Shown: piece by piece, positions 7,471 through 18,342 of the stretch
Layout: each line of letters opens with the position of its first letter
How positions within the stretch are numbered: the first letter of the stretch is position 1
Source: Clostridia bacterium
Lineage (GTDB): Bacteria; Bacillota; Clostridia; UMGS1840
DNA: 64,000 nt
Direction: 5' to 3'
Assembly (NCBI GenBank): GCA_045631485.1
Contig: JAZQUU010000039.1
Location: 41,194-105,193 of the forward strand
Notes under the pieces: model-generated
Told to the model about the DNA's origin: nothing
The model's database searches: none
What the model saw: the letters and a program-made list of their open reading frames with translations, nothing else
Program-made: the position numbers and the translations under genes

Positions 7471-10281
7471 ATGAAGAAATTTATTTTTTGCCTTCTGGCA
7501 CTTCTTCTAGCACTTCAGTTGTCTGCTTTTGCGGAAGAAACCGAAATTGTGCAAAAAGATTTGTTGCCGGAAGCAACCACCCAAGCACTGTCGGTCAATG
7601 ATTTTGTGACCGACACGGAATATCCGTACGAAACTGTGGGATATTTCTTAAATGACGTTGCATTTTTAGGAGAAGATGCGATGGAGGTGTCTATTACTTT
7701 TACCGGTAATTACGGCTCCAATGAGTATTTCTTCTCCAAGTGCTACATTCCTGTTTATAACTACGAAACAGGAAAACTGTTGGATATTTTCTATTCTGAT
7801 GTGGAACTGGTAAGACCCTTTGCCAATTCCAGCAGAACCACCATCAAACGAGTGATTTCCACCAAAAACATTGACACGGATATCTATAAAATTAAGGTAA
7901 TTATGCTGGAATCTCTCACCAGTCTGCGTCCCAATTGTCCGGTTCCTTACTTGGCAAATGAATTAGTAATTTCCAAAAATGATATCGGAAAAGACATTCC
8001 AACTGTAACATTCAAAGGAAAAATGAGGGACGTTCCATTATCCGATGAAGAGCTGTATGTTATTGTTGAAAATATCTACTCCATTAAGTTATCGGATGCA
8101 GCTTTTGCGATGGGATATTCTAACTACGACTTTGACGATAATATGTCATTTAAAAACAACTTAGATTTAAAGCCGTATTTAGGATTATATTGTGATTTTG
8201 TAGTAGATTTATCCGACGAATTAAATTGGGAAATTATATCAGTAACTCCCACAGAAGGTAAAAATATTGAAGTTGTGATTGATCCTGAATTATTAGTCAG
8301 CACCAATAACAGCGGTTATGTGGAATATTATAAATCCTACGACGATAAAAAAACAAGTAAATTAAAACTCGATTATGCTCTGATTGCATATTGTAATTTA
8401 GTATATGACTCTTACGATTATATTGTTGTTCCCGGAGGAAATGTAGGAGATATTGCTTACAGATTCGTAGATACCGATTACAACGGAATGTATGATACTG
8501 TATTTGTTAAAAATGAGCAAGTATTTGTTGCAGGTTATGTAAATACTGCTACCAACAAAATTTATAGAGATACTTATACTAATATTTCACCCACATTCTT
8601 AGCTACCTCTTTAGCTTTAGATCCGGAGGATGAATATATCAGTTGGTCTATTCATGATATCGAAGGTAACACAATGGAGCTTGGCGATATCAAAGCCGGT
8701 GATGTGATTGCAGTTGCAACATCTTGGTCTAACGGGTATGAATATTATGATATTACGGTATCCAACGAAGAAATTGAAGGATATGTTACTGAATTTTATT
8801 ATGAAGTTACTCCCAATGGATTAACTCTTAACAAAATCAGCATTGAAAAGGACTCTCAAAAAAACGGATATATGATGGCAGATAATTCTGTTCCGGTAGA
8901 TTTTGGTGACTATATTCGTGCAAAAATATATGACGGCAAAATCTGGTCCTATGAAGTTACAAATCTTTGCTACGGAGTAATTCTTGATTCTGCAGTTGAG
9001 GAAGGATTTTCTAACACATATCAGGTGAAACTTTTAAACCGTAACGGTGAATCAGAAGTTTTCACTTTGGCTGACAGAGTCAATCATAAGTCTCCGAATT
9101 ATTCGTCCAATGATGAAATAAGAGCTGATTTTCCTGTAGGCGATATCATTGCATACCAATTAAATTCCGATGGAAAAATCTATGCATATGATGTTCAGAC
9201 AGGATATGATTCGCTTGATGCCAATGCATTGCAAATAAATAATAAATTTGTTGAGACATCCTCCACCTATCGTGAAAGCTCTAACAAATTAGGCTCCTAT
9301 TATTTGACAGAAGATACCTTGGTATATATTAGTGAAGTATCCCGTGAAGAAATCACACAAGATGATATTATTTTAATGAATGACTATTCCTTTGTGGATG
9401 ATGCAAACTATCAGTATTCCGTTTTATATGATGACGATACAAGAGATGCTCTCGTTGTTTTTTTGTATGAAGTGAATTTGGATGATTCTACCGAAGAAGG
9501 TGACGATGAGAAAGAAGATGGGGAAGAGGACGAAGTATTTACTTATGAATATCCTTTGGTTGTTACCAAAACCGAAACTGTTACTGTAGACGGTGAACCC
9601 CGTACAAAAATCTGGGGATATATTAATAGCGAAGTAGTGGAATTTTTAGTAGCCTCCAATGCTGATGCTGTTGTATCAACACTTTCGAAGGGGGATGTAG
9701 CAAATATCACCTGTACGAACAATGGAACAAATACCCTTGACCAGATTGTTACTGCACAGTTGATTGCTGAAAAGAATGAAAATGGTTATATCGTAATTGA
9801 TAATGCTATGGCAGGAGCAGCTGATGATACCTACCAGAAAATTGATGGAAATTATGTCACATTAAACACATTCAATTGTTATAATCCGGAAGTAATGATG
9901 AGTATTGGTCAAATTGCTTCTTTAGAAGGCTTTGGTGCAGCAGGGAAGGGATATCGTGTTCAGGGAAACTTGTTACGGTTAATCAACGCCAACGATTATC
10001 CGCAAACATTTGGAAGTTACGAAAGAATTTATAGTGCTTCCTACGATGAAGACAGAATCCAAGATTATTATGTTGATACCTACAGCTTATCTACCTATTG
10101 CTACAACGCAAAATTAGATACCATCAGAGTCACTAGTATCTATGATTTGGAAACGGATAATAATACTATGGATTATAGATATGCAGATCAATTAGATAAT
10201 GATGATCTAATTTATGTTTATAACTATGATGGAGAAACAAAATTAATTCTAATCGTGGATGTTATGGGTGATAATCTGTAA
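7471..10281 (+). CDS. Large secreted protein of unknown function (936 aa)
   Basis: There is a signal peptide (MKKFIFCLLALLLALQLSAFA). The N-terminal ~110 aa resemble the N-terminal domain of the upstream phosphoesterase. An acidic linker (DDSTEEGDDEKEDGEEDE) is present, and the RBS AAGGAGG is strong. Confidence 0.6.
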   Translation: MKKFIFCLLALLLALQLSAFAEETEIVQKDLLPEATTQALSVNDFVTDTEYPYETVGYFLNDVAFLGEDAMEVSITFTGNYGSNEYFFSKCYIPVYNYETGKLLDIFYSDVELVRPFANSSRTTIKRVISTKNIDTDIYKIKVIMLESLTSLRPNCPVPYLANELVISKNDIGKDIPTVTFKGKMRDVPLSDEELYVIVENIYSIKLSDAAFAMGYSNYDFDDNMSFKNNLDLKPYLGLYCDFVVDLSDELNWEIISVTPTEGKNIEVVIDPELLVSTNNSGYVEYYKSYDDKKTSKLKLDYALIAYCNLVYDSYDYIVVPGGNVGDIAYRFVDTDYNGMYDTVFVKNEQVFVAGYVNTATNKIYRDTYTNISPTFLATSLALDPEDEYISWSIHDIEGNTMELGDIKAGDVIAVATSWSNGYEYYDITVSNEEIEGYVTEFYYEVTPNGLTLNKISIEKDSQKNGYMMADNSVPVDFGDYIRAKIYDGKIWSYEVTNLCYGVILDSAVEEGFSNTYQVKLLNRNGESEVFTLADRVNHKSPNYSSNDEIRADFPVGDIIAYQLNSDGKIYAYDVQTGYDSLDANALQINNKFVETSSTYRESSNKLGSYYLTEDTLVYISEVSREEITQDDIILMNDYSFVDDANYQYSVLYDDDTRDALVVFLYEVNLDDSTEEGDDEKEDGEEDEVFTYEYPLVVTKTETVTVDGEPRTKIWGYINSEVVEFLVASNADAVVSTLSKGDVANITCTNNGTNTLDQIVTAQLIAEKNENGYIVIDNAMAGAADDTYQKIDGNYVTLNTFNCYNPEVMMSIGQIASLEGFGAAGKGYRVQGNLLRLINANDYPQTFGSYERIYSASYDEDRIQDYYVDTYSLSTYCYNAKLDTIRVTSIYDLETDNNTMDYRYADQLDNDDLIYVYNYDGETKLILIVDVMGDNL

Positions 10282-10303
10282 TAACACAGAAACAACGCAA
10301 AAA

Positions 10304-10339
10304 ATACGCTACCTGAATTTAACAGGTAGCGTATTTTTT
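10304..10339 (+). terminator. Rho-independent terminator
   Basis: ATACGCTACCTG-N7-CAGGTAGCGTAT followed by T6. Confidence 0.85.
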
Positions 10340-10723
10340 ATGGATTGAATGATAGATTCTGAGAGGGAAGATATCATCATTAAAAAGAATTACTTAGATT
10401 TGAAAATACATTTTACTCAACAAAATAAAAATTTTGTTTAAACCAGGGTGGTGTTAGAAAAGAAAATATTTAAAACATTAATAAATACTAAATCGTAGTA
10501 TTTTCAATACTTTTAAGATTTTTTTATCGCATTTTGCTTGATTATCTTTTATAATATGATTAACTTATCAATAACTGTAATAAAAATTATTTTGTTTTTG
10601 CTATATTATATTTTTCTTGGAATTTTTGTGTTTTCACAATCATTTTACAGCTTCTTGGAATTTTTTGATAATATCTGATATCATCCCAAAAATTTGTGTG
10701 CGCCTGAATCGGATAGAATTTTT

Positions 10724-11482
10724 TTATATGATACCGAATAGGCGCTTTGTATTTTCATTGGTTTCTCTGACAACCTGTTCAACCGAAATATTTCGAAGTT
10801 CTGCAATATGTTTGGCTGTATAGTTTAAATTGGATGAATCATTACGAGTTCCGCGTACAGGTTCCGGTGACAGATACGGACAATCCGTTTCAATTAAATA
10901 TTTATCATGCGGAATCCATTTGGCAACTTCTTTTACATTTTTTGCGTTCTTATAAGTTACCGTTCCGGAAAATGAAATATAATATCCGATTTTTACCAAT
11001 TCTTTAGCAATTTCCAAACTTCCCGAATAACAATGAAACACACCGGGCGTTTGGTATTTTTTTACAATTTCTAGCGTATCTGCCATAGCATCTCTGGTAT
11101 GAATCGCAACCGGAATTTGTAATTTTTTGGCAATTTCCATTTGGCGAATAAACACAGCTTTTTGTTGTTCTTTATCAATATTATCATAATGATAATCCAA
11201 ACCGATTTCGCCCCAGCATACAACCTTAGGGTCTTTCGTTAATTCTATCAATTCATCGAGTGCATCTTCGGTACAATCCGCAGCATCACTTGGATGAAAA
11301 CCAACTGCAGCATAGCAGAAATCATAAGTATTTGCAAATTGTACCGCACGTTTACTGGATTTTAAATTGTATCCGACGTTGATAATTTTTTCTATATTTT
11401 TATTTTTTAAACCTAACAAAAGCTCTTCACGATCAATATCAAAACGCTCATCATCATAGTGGCTATGGCTATCAATAATCAT
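10724..11482 (-). CDS. tatD: TatD-family metal-dependent hydrolase/DNase
   Basis: The motifs IDSHSHYD, GEIGLDYHY, HTRDA and ETDCPYL are present. I place the start at the internal ATG (MIIDSH); the ORF-track start at 11530 would overlap the upstream gene. Confidence 0.85.
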   Translation of the reverse strand: MIIDSHSHYDDERFDIDREELLLGLKNKNIEKIINVGYNLKSSKRAVQFANTYDFCYAAVGFHPSDAADCTEDALDELIELTKDPKVVCWGEIGLDYHYDNIDKEQQKAVFIRQMEIAKKLQIPVAIHTRDAMADTLEIVKKYQTPGVFHCYSGSLEIAKELVKIGYYISFSGTVTYKNAKNVKEVAKWIPHDKYLIETDCPYLSPEPVRGTRNDSSNLNYTAKHIAELRNISVEQVVRETNENTKRLFGII

Positions 11483-11514
11483 AGGGTCAATCCCCTGCCC
11501 TTTCTTAGAAAAAT

Positions 11515-12078
11515 TTAATGATTGTGGCAAATCAAAGCCAAAATCGGCGGGTCATTTGGTTTATTGGAATAGGTGTGAATAATCACATTATATTGATGTT
11601 TGTCCAACATTTCCAGGTAGGAAAGCACATTATCACGCTCCGTATAACCACTATCACCGCCATGGTAGATACTTACTGCAATAATCCCCTCTTTTTTTAA
11701 ATACTTTAAAGCAGTCTGAATTGCTAAAATGGTGGTATCCGGCTTAGTATGAAGGGAATGGTCGCCTTTTGGCAGATATCCTAAATTGAACACAAAGGCA
11801 TCCGCCATACGCTCGTTCAAATAGGATTCCATATTTTCGTGCCCGTCTAAAAACAACTGAACTCTATCAGAAAATCCTGCATTTTCCAAGCGGATTTTCG
11901 TATTTTGGATGGCATCTTCCTGAATATCAAATCCATATACCAAACCGTTTTCTCCAACAAGTTCTGCCAAAAATAAAGTATCTCCGCCGTTTCCGCAAGT
12001 GGCATCTACCGCAAAGGCCCCTTCTTTGACAAATTGTTTTAAATAAAAATGAGATAATTCAACAGCATTTTTTAACAT
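11515..12078 (-). CDS. Class I SAM-dependent methyltransferase, YtqB/MnmM-like (tRNA mnm5s2U34 methyltransferase family)
   Basis: The SAM motif VDATCGNGGDTLFLA, GFDIQ and a size of about 187 aa fit the YtqB family. Confidence 0.7.
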   Translation of the reverse strand: MLKNAVELSHFYLKQFVKEGAFAVDATCGNGGDTLFLAELVGENGLVYGFDIQEDAIQNTKIRLENAGFSDRVQLFLDGHENMESYLNERMADAFVFNLGYLPKGDHSLHTKPDTTILAIQTALKYLKKEGIIAVSIYHGGDSGYTERDNVLSYLEMLDKHQYNVIIHTYSNKPNDPPILALICHNH

Positions 12079-12092
12079 TTTAACAACAATCC

Positions 12093-15000
12093 TTATTGAA
12101 AATCAAACAGACTTACCTGAGCGGAGTCGGGCAATCCTTTGGTGCATCCCATCTGATCCATCTGTTCTAAAATCGTTTTGGAAATTTTTGTACGGTTTAA
12201 CAAATCTTCTTTGGTGAAGAAATCACCTTGTTTTCTGGCTTCCACGATGGTTTCTGCCGCCGTTTCACCCAATCCTTTGATTGCCGTAAATGGTAAACGC
12301 AATGCATTTTCTTCAATTAAAAATTTAGAAGAGTCTGAACGGTACAAATCAACGGGTAAAAATTGGAAACCACGCTTCTGCATTTCATTACACATTTCCA
12401 AAATCGTGAGAATATTCTTTTCTTTCGCATTGGCATCAGGACCAATCATTTCATATTCCTTAATTTTTTGAGGTACTCTGTCACCAACCATAATATCGGC
12501 ATCAAAATCATCCGCACGAACGGTAAAATAGGTCGCATAGTACGCCAACGGATGATGCACTTTATAATAGGCGATTCTGAAAGCCATAGTTACATACGCA
12601 ACCGCATGGGCTTTCGGGAACATATATTTAATTTTTTTACAACTGTCAATGTACCATTCGGGAACATCGTGCTCGCGCATAATTGCTTCCCATTCATCAT
12701 TTAACCCTTTACCCTTACGAACACTTTCCATAATGGTAAACGCCGTTTTGGGAGGCAGATTTTTATAAATCAGATAGGTCATAATATCGTCACGGGTACA
12801 GATTGCTTCTTTTAAGGTTGTGGTGCCGGAGTTAATTAAATCCTGGGCATTGTTCAACCAAACGTCAGTACCATGAGACAGACCGGAAATTCGAACCAAC
12901 TCGGAGAATGTGGTAGGTTTGGTATCCACCAACATCTGACGAACAAACTTGGTGCCGAATTCAGGCACACCAAAAGTACCAACTGTGGAGTTGATATCTT
13001 CGGGCGTAACTCCTAATGCTTCTGTTGTTGTGAACAATGACATCGTGTCTTTATCTTCTAACGGGATTGTTTGTGGGTCTAAACCTGTTAAATCCTTCAA
13101 CATACGAATCATGGTAGGATCGTCGTGTCCTAACAGGTCAAGTTTTAATAAACAATCGTGCAGATAGGTATAAGCAAAGTGAGTGGTAACGATATCGCTG
13201 TTTGCATCATCTGCAGGATGAGCAATCGGGCAGAATTCAAACACTTCATTTTCTTTGGGCACAATCATAACACCGCCGGGATGCTGACCGGTGGTTTTTT
13301 TCACGCCTTCGCATCCGATTGCAAGACGTCTCATTTCGGCAGAATGAACGGAAAGATTGTTTTCTTCCACATATTTTCTCACATAACCCATGGCGTTCTT
13401 TTCCGCAATGGTAGAAATGGTTCCTGCACGAAATACGTGACCTTCACCGAAAATTTCTTCACAGTATTTGTGAATAATCGGCTGATAATCTCCCGAAAAG
13501 TTTAAGTCGATATCAGGCTCTTTATCCCCGTTAAAACCAAGGAAGGTTTCAAAAGGAATATCATGACCGTCTTGTTTTAATCTTCTTCCGCAATGAGGAC
13601 AGACTTTCTCGGGCATATCATACCCTGAATTATATTCTCCGTTGGTGAAAAATTCGGAATATTTACAATCGGGATTTTCGCAGATATAATGTGCACACAA
13701 GGCGTTTACTTCTGTAATTCCCGATAAAAATGCAACAAATGAAGAACCAACAGATCCTCGGGAACCAACCAAGTAACCGTCCTGCAAGGATTTTTTAACT
13801 AGTTTTTGCGCAATGATATACATTACGGAGAATCCGTTGGTAATAATGGAATTTAACTCCTTATCCATACGTTCTTTTACCAAATCGGGTAAATTTTCTC
13901 CGTAAATCTCTTTGGCTCTGTCATAGGTCATCTGGCGGAGTTCATCTTCAGCTCCGGGAATCACCGGAGGATGTTTTTCCTTGGGAATCGGAACAATATC
14001 ACTATCGCACCAGTCTGCAATCAGATTGGGATTGGTGATAACAATTTCTTTTCTTGTTTCTTCGTCTAAATACCAGAATTCTTCCAACATTTCTTCTGTG
14101 GTACGAAGATATAAGGGAGCTTGTTTATCTGCATCCTTAAAGCCGTGACCGTACATTAAAATTTTACGAAAAGCACTGTCTTCGGGATTTAAGAAGTGAA
14201 CATCTCCGGTTGCGGCAACAGGTTTCCCGAGCTTTTTGCCAAGTGCAATAATTTCCTTGTTAAAACGGATAATGTCTGCCTGAGTATGCTGACCGTTATC
14301 AATCATAAATTCATTATTTCCCAACGGCTGCACTTCTAAAAAGTCGTAAAAATTCGCAATTTTTTCAATCGCAGCTTTGGTTGCACCACCACGGATTGCC
14401 TGATACAGTTCTCCTGCTTCGCAGGCACTTCCGTAGATTAAGCCTTCGTGCATCATCTGCAATTCGCTTTTTAACATACGAGGTCTCTTTTTAAAGTGCA
14501 ACAAATTGGAGTTTGTTACTAACTTATACAGATTTAGTAACCCTGTTTTATTTTTTACTAAAATAATGCCGTGATAAGGACGAAGATTTTCTGTGTTTTT
14601 GGTCAGTTTGGTATTCATTCCCCAAAGGGTTTCAATTCCAACCTCTTTCACTTTTTCCAAAAGAACCAGGAAAATACCAAACAAAGCCTCCGCATCATTC
14701 ACCGCACGATGATGACCTTCTAAAGAAACATTGGTTTCTTTTGCTAAGGTATCTAACTTATGATTTTTTAAATCAGGGAACGCTCTTCTTGCAAGGTCTA
14801 ATGTATCTAAATATCCGTTTTTTACGGAAATATTCAAGCGTTCACAAGCTGCATATAAAAAGCTCATATCAAAGTTGGCGTTGTGAGCAACCAAAACCGC
14901 ATCTCCCACAAATTCCATAAATTTCGGAATCATTACGGTTTCATCTGGTTTATCGGAAAGCATATCATCGGTAATACCGGTTAATTGAGAAATTTCGGGA

Positions 15001-16334
15001 GTTAAAAGTTTTCCGGGATTCACAAATTCAGAGAATCGTTCCACCACTTCCCCGTTTTTCATTTTTACTGCACCGATTTCGGTAATGCGTTCAGTATCGG
15101 GAGATAATCCGGTGGTTTCAAAGTCGAAAATGACATATTCGGTATCTAGGGTTCTATCTTCTCCTTGATAAATCTCGCCTAAGTCATCCAACAAATAACA
15201 TTCCACACCAAATAACAATTTAATATCTAATTTTTTCTTTTTTACATGCAAATAAGCCTCAGGATATGCCTGAAGTACACCGTGGTCTGTAATCGCAATG
15301 GCTTTTTGCCCCCATTTTGCAGCGGTATCAATCAGTTTTTCCACATCAGAAACACCGTCCACTGCAGACATTTTGGTATGAAGATGAAGCTCTACTCGCT
15401 TTTCTTCAGCGTTATCCATACGGATTTCTTTTTCTTCTATCATAATATCATAGGGATTGATTACAAAATCACGAAGATATTTGTCGTAAACGGTTTCACC
15501 GCGAATTTTTAAGTAGGAACCAACCTTTACTTTATCGGAAAATCCTGCGTATTCTTCTTTGGTAAACAACTTTTTTACTGTAACAGAAGAAGTTCCGTCG
15601 GTCACATCCATATTAAGTGCCATATAGCCGTTTCTGGTTTCTCTTTCTTCCATGTGAAACACATCGGCCATAATAATAACTCTTCCGCTTTCAGAACTTA
15701 AAGAAGCAATTGAAACAACATTTCCTTTAATTTCTTTTCCCATTACAAGGGGGCTTTTTTTCTTTTCGGAAAGCTCTTTCAAAGTTTCTTCCATTTCAGT
15801 GGCAATGGTTTCACGAATATATTCCGCGCGTTTCTCCAAATAATCTTCCGGAGCAGGAGCAGGCACTTCAATCCCGTCGAAAAAAGCAACGTCGATATCC
15901 AAAGAAAACTCTTCTGAAATCATTTTTTTGATTTCATCACCGGTTCCGTTATGTTCCAGTAAATCTGCACCGCCGCCTGCAAGTTGAATTGATAATAAGT
16001 TATCCTGATACGAGGCGGTGGAATTCTCCATAAATTGTTTGATGCCGGGCATTTTAAAAGAAATGTATGTGAGAATTTCCGGATAATAGGCAGACGAAAA
16101 TAAAGCACTCGGATAACGGGCAAATAATTTAATCACAGAAAGCCCGTATGTTTCCCGAATACTTTTTGCAACGGTAAAAATCAATTGTTTGGAAATAATC
16201 TCAGGAAAAAGAACCACTGTCTCAATTTTCTTTTGTTCCTGATACACCGTAAAATCCTGAAGTTCTCCCTTGGATAATAATTCCTTATATTTGATTACTT
16301 CAGGTGCCTGACTGAAAATTTCTGCTAAGTTCAT
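12093..16334 (-). CDS. polC: DNA polymerase III alpha subunit, PolC type
   Basis: It has a PHP domain (HLHTKMSAVDG), an inserted DnaQ-like exonuclease (VIFDFETTGL...HRAVNDAEA), a Cys4 zinc module (CENPDC...CPHCG), a polymerase core and a C-terminal HhH. I place the start at the ATG 6 nt after GGAGA. Confidence 0.97.
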   Translation of the reverse strand: MNLAEIFSQAPEVIKYKELLSKGELQDFTVYQEQKKIETVVLFPEIISKQLIFTVAKSIRETYGLSVIKLFARYPSALFSSAYYPEILTYISFKMPGIKQFMENSTASYQDNLLSIQLAGGGADLLEHNGTGDEIKKMISEEFSLDIDVAFFDGIEVPAPAPEDYLEKRAEYIRETIATEMEETLKELSEKKKSPLVMGKEIKGNVVSIASLSSESGRVIIMADVFHMEERETRNGYMALNMDVTDGTSSVTVKKLFTKEEYAGFSDKVKVGSYLKIRGETVYDKYLRDFVINPYDIMIEEKEIRMDNAEEKRVELHLHTKMSAVDGVSDVEKLIDTAAKWGQKAIAITDHGVLQAYPEAYLHVKKKKLDIKLLFGVECYLLDDLGEIYQGEDRTLDTEYVIFDFETTGLSPDTERITEIGAVKMKNGEVVERFSEFVNPGKLLTPEISQLTGITDDMLSDKPDETVMIPKFMEFVGDAVLVAHNANFDMSFLYAACERLNISVKNGYLDTLDLARRAFPDLKNHKLDTLAKETNVSLEGHHRAVNDAEALFGIFLVLLEKVKEVGIETLWGMNTKLTKNTENLRPYHGIILVKNKTGLLNLYKLVTNSNLLHFKKRPRMLKSELQMMHEGLIYGSACEAGELYQAIRGGATKAAIEKIANFYDFLEVQPLGNNEFMIDNGQHTQADIIRFNKEIIALGKKLGKPVAATGDVHFLNPEDSAFRKILMYGHGFKDADKQAPLYLRTTEEMLEEFWYLDEETRKEIVITNPNLIADWCDSDIVPIPKEKHPPVIPGAEDELRQMTYDRAKEIYGENLPDLVKERMDKELNSIITNGFSVMYIIAQKLVKKSLQDGYLVGSRGSVGSSFVAFLSGITEVNALCAHYICENPDCKYSEFFTNGEYNSGYDMPEKVCPHCGRRLKQDGHDIPFETFLGFNGDKEPDIDLNFSGDYQPIIHKYCEEIFGEGHVFRAGTISTIAEKNAMGYVRKYVEENNLSVHSAEMRRLAIGCEGVKKTTGQHPGGVMIVPKENEVFEFCPIAHPADDANSDIVTTHFAYTYLHDCLLKLDLLGHDDPTMIRMLKDLTGLDPQTIPLEDKDTMSLFTTTEALGVTPEDINSTVGTFGVPEFGTKFVRQMLVDTKPTTFSELVRISGLSHGTDVWLNNAQDLINSGTTTLKEAICTRDDIMTYLIYKNLPPKTAFTIMESVRKGKGLNDEWEAIMREHDVPEWYIDSCKKIKYMFPKAHAVAYVTMAFRIAYYKVHHPLAYYATYFTVRADDFDADIMVGDRVPQKIKEYEMIGPDANAKEKNILTILEMCNEMQKRGFQFLPVDLYRSDSSKFLIEENALRLPFTAIKGLGETAAETIVEARKQGDFFTKEDLLNRTKISKTILEQMDQMGCTKGLPDSAQVSLFDFQ

Positions 16335-16445
16335 AATCATTCTCCAACTACATTTCATTGTCTTTTCAGTATATCATATTTTCCCGAAAAGTGCAACATA
16401 TTTTTCAAGGAAATTTGTAAAACAACGGTACGATTTTCAAATAAA

Positions 16446-16475
16446 AAAGCGGAGTATAAATCACTCCGCTTTTTA
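16446..16475. terminator. Bidirectional terminator downstream of rex
   Basis: GCGGAGT-N7-ACTCCGC flanked by A6 and T5. Confidence 0.8.
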
Positions 16476-16477
16476 AC

Positions 16478-17128
16478 CTATTTTGATTTTTCAAAATGTT
16501 CAATTTCGTTCAATTTATAAGCTAATGTCATCAAACTGTCGGATAAATGGACATTAACCAAAGCTACATTGGAAGGAACCGATACATCCAGGTATGAGAA
16601 ATTCCAGATGCCTTTCACCCCTGCTTCTACAATATCATCAATCAATTCTTTTACCGATGCAGCAGGCAGTGTCAACATAGCAATTTTGATTTCATTTTCT
16701 TTGATAAATGCAACCAGATTTTCAACAGATTCCACTAAAATTCCGTTAATTTCAGTCCCAATAACTGCTGGATTATTATCAAAAATTGCCTTAATCTTAA
16801 ATCCTCGACGTTCAAAATTGGTGTAGTTGGCAACGGCGTGACCTAAATTCCCGGCACCGACCAATACACAAGAAAGCTCTTGGCCTAATCCCAGGATGTT
16901 TCCAATTTCGGTATGTAACATTTTTACATTATAACCGTAACCTTGTTGACCGAAGCCGCCAAAATTATTTAAGTCCTGACGCACCTGAGACGCAGTAATG
17001 TGCATTCTTTGCGCCAATTCGTTAGATGAAATACGGTCGATATTCCCTTCCAAAAGTTGGGATAAATGTCTGTAATACCGAGGGAGCCGTTTGATAACTG
17101 CTTCAGATACCTTTTTTCTTTGTATCAT
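16478..17128 (-). CDS. rex: Redox-sensing transcriptional repressor Rex
   Basis: A winged helix (VIKRLPRYYRHL, SSNELA...ITASQVRQDL) is followed by a Rossmann fold (VGAGNLG). Confidence 0.93.
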   Translation of the reverse strand: MIQRKKVSEAVIKRLPRYYRHLSQLLEGNIDRISSNELAQRMHITASQVRQDLNNFGGFGQQGYGYNVKMLHTEIGNILGLGQELSCVLVGAGNLGHAVANYTNFERRGFKIKAIFDNNPAVIGTEINGILVESVENLVAFIKENEIKIAMLTLPAASVKELIDDIVEAGVKGIWNFSYLDVSVPSNVALVNVHLSDSLMTLAYKLNEIEHFEKSK

Positions 17129-17166
17129 TTTTTATAAATTCACTTTCTTTGAAAATAACGAATTAA

Positions 17167-18324
17167 CTACATTTTGGAAACGGTATCCATAACATACTGA
17201 GAAAATTCTGCACTGGTTGCACCGTCTGCACGTCCTGTAATTACCACTTTCTTTTCAGAATACATACAAATATCCAATGCTTTTTCCAGCTTGTTTGCAG
17301 CTTCGGTATAACCGATATGAGACAACAGCATTACGCATGCACGGAAAATAGAGCAAGGATCTGCATAAATATCTCTGCCTTCTTTCACCATTCTGGGAGC
17401 AGAACCGTGAATCGCTTCAAACATTGCATACTGTTTTCCTAAATTGGAGGAACCGGCAGTACCAACGCCGCCTTGGAATTCTGCAGCTTCATCTGTGATG
17501 ATATCTCCGTATAAATTCGGCAGAATCATAACCTGGAAGTCTTTTCTTCTTTTTTCGTCAACAAGCTTCGCAGTCATAATATCGATATACCAGTCATCTA
17601 CTTCGATTCCCGGATAATCTTTGGCAATCTCGTTACAAATTCTTAAGAATTTACCGTCGGTTGTTTTGATAACGTTCGCTTTGGTAACGATGGAAACTCT
17701 GGTTTTTCCGTTTGCTTTTGCATAGTCAAACGCAGCTTTTGCAATTCTTCTGGTACCTTCTGTTGTGGTAACGCAAAAATCAATTGCCAAATCGTCATCC
17801 ACTTCAATACCGTCGGAGCCTACTGCATAAGAGCCTTCGGTGTTTTCTCTAAAGAATGTCCAGTCAATTCCCTGCTCGGGAACTTTTACAGGTCTTACAT
17901 TTGCAAAAAGGTCCAGTTCTTTTCTCATTGCAACGTTTGCACTTTCCACATTCGGCCACGGATCGCCTTTTCTGGGAGTAGTGGTAGGACCTTTTAAAAT
18001 AACATCACAAGATTTTAATTCTGCCAAAGTGTCATCGGGGATTGCTTTGTTTAACTCTGCGCGACGTTCGATGGTTAAACCGTCAATCACTTTAAACTGA
18101 ACTTTTCCTTTTGCCACTTCATCTTTTAATAAAAATTCTAAGATTTTATGACCTTCACCGGTGATTCTGGGGCCAATACCGTCGCCACCGCAAACACCGA
18201 TAACAATTTTATCAAGCTTGGTAAAATCTTTAAAATCACCTGCGTTATTGATTCTTTCTACTCTAGCTAACTGTTTTTCTAAGATTTTTTCAAATCTTTC
18301 TTTTGCAATCTGAATTTTATCCAT
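17167..18324 (-). CDS. icd: Isocitrate/isopropylmalate dehydrogenase family enzyme, probably NAD(P)-isocitrate dehydrogenase
   Basis: The family motifs GDGIGP and NLYGDIITDEAA are present. It sits directly downstream of aconitase. Confidence 0.75.
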   Translation of the reverse strand: MDKIQIAKERFEKILEKQLARVERINNAGDFKDFTKLDKIVIGVCGGDGIGPRITGEGHKILEFLLKDEVAKGKVQFKVIDGLTIERRAELNKAIPDDTLAELKSCDVILKGPTTTPRKGDPWPNVESANVAMRKELDLFANVRPVKVPEQGIDWTFFRENTEGSYAVGSDGIEVDDDLAIDFCVTTTEGTRRIAKAAFDYAKANGKTRVSIVTKANVIKTTDGKFLRICNEIAKDYPGIEVDDWYIDIMTAKLVDEKRRKDFQVMILPNLYGDIITDEAAEFQGGVGTAGSSNLGKQYAMFEAIHGSAPRMVKEGRDIYADPCSIFRACVMLLSHIGYTEAANKLEKALDICMYSEKKVVITGRADGATSAEFSQYVMDTVSKM

Positions 18325-18342
18325 TTTTTTGCTCCTTTTAGA

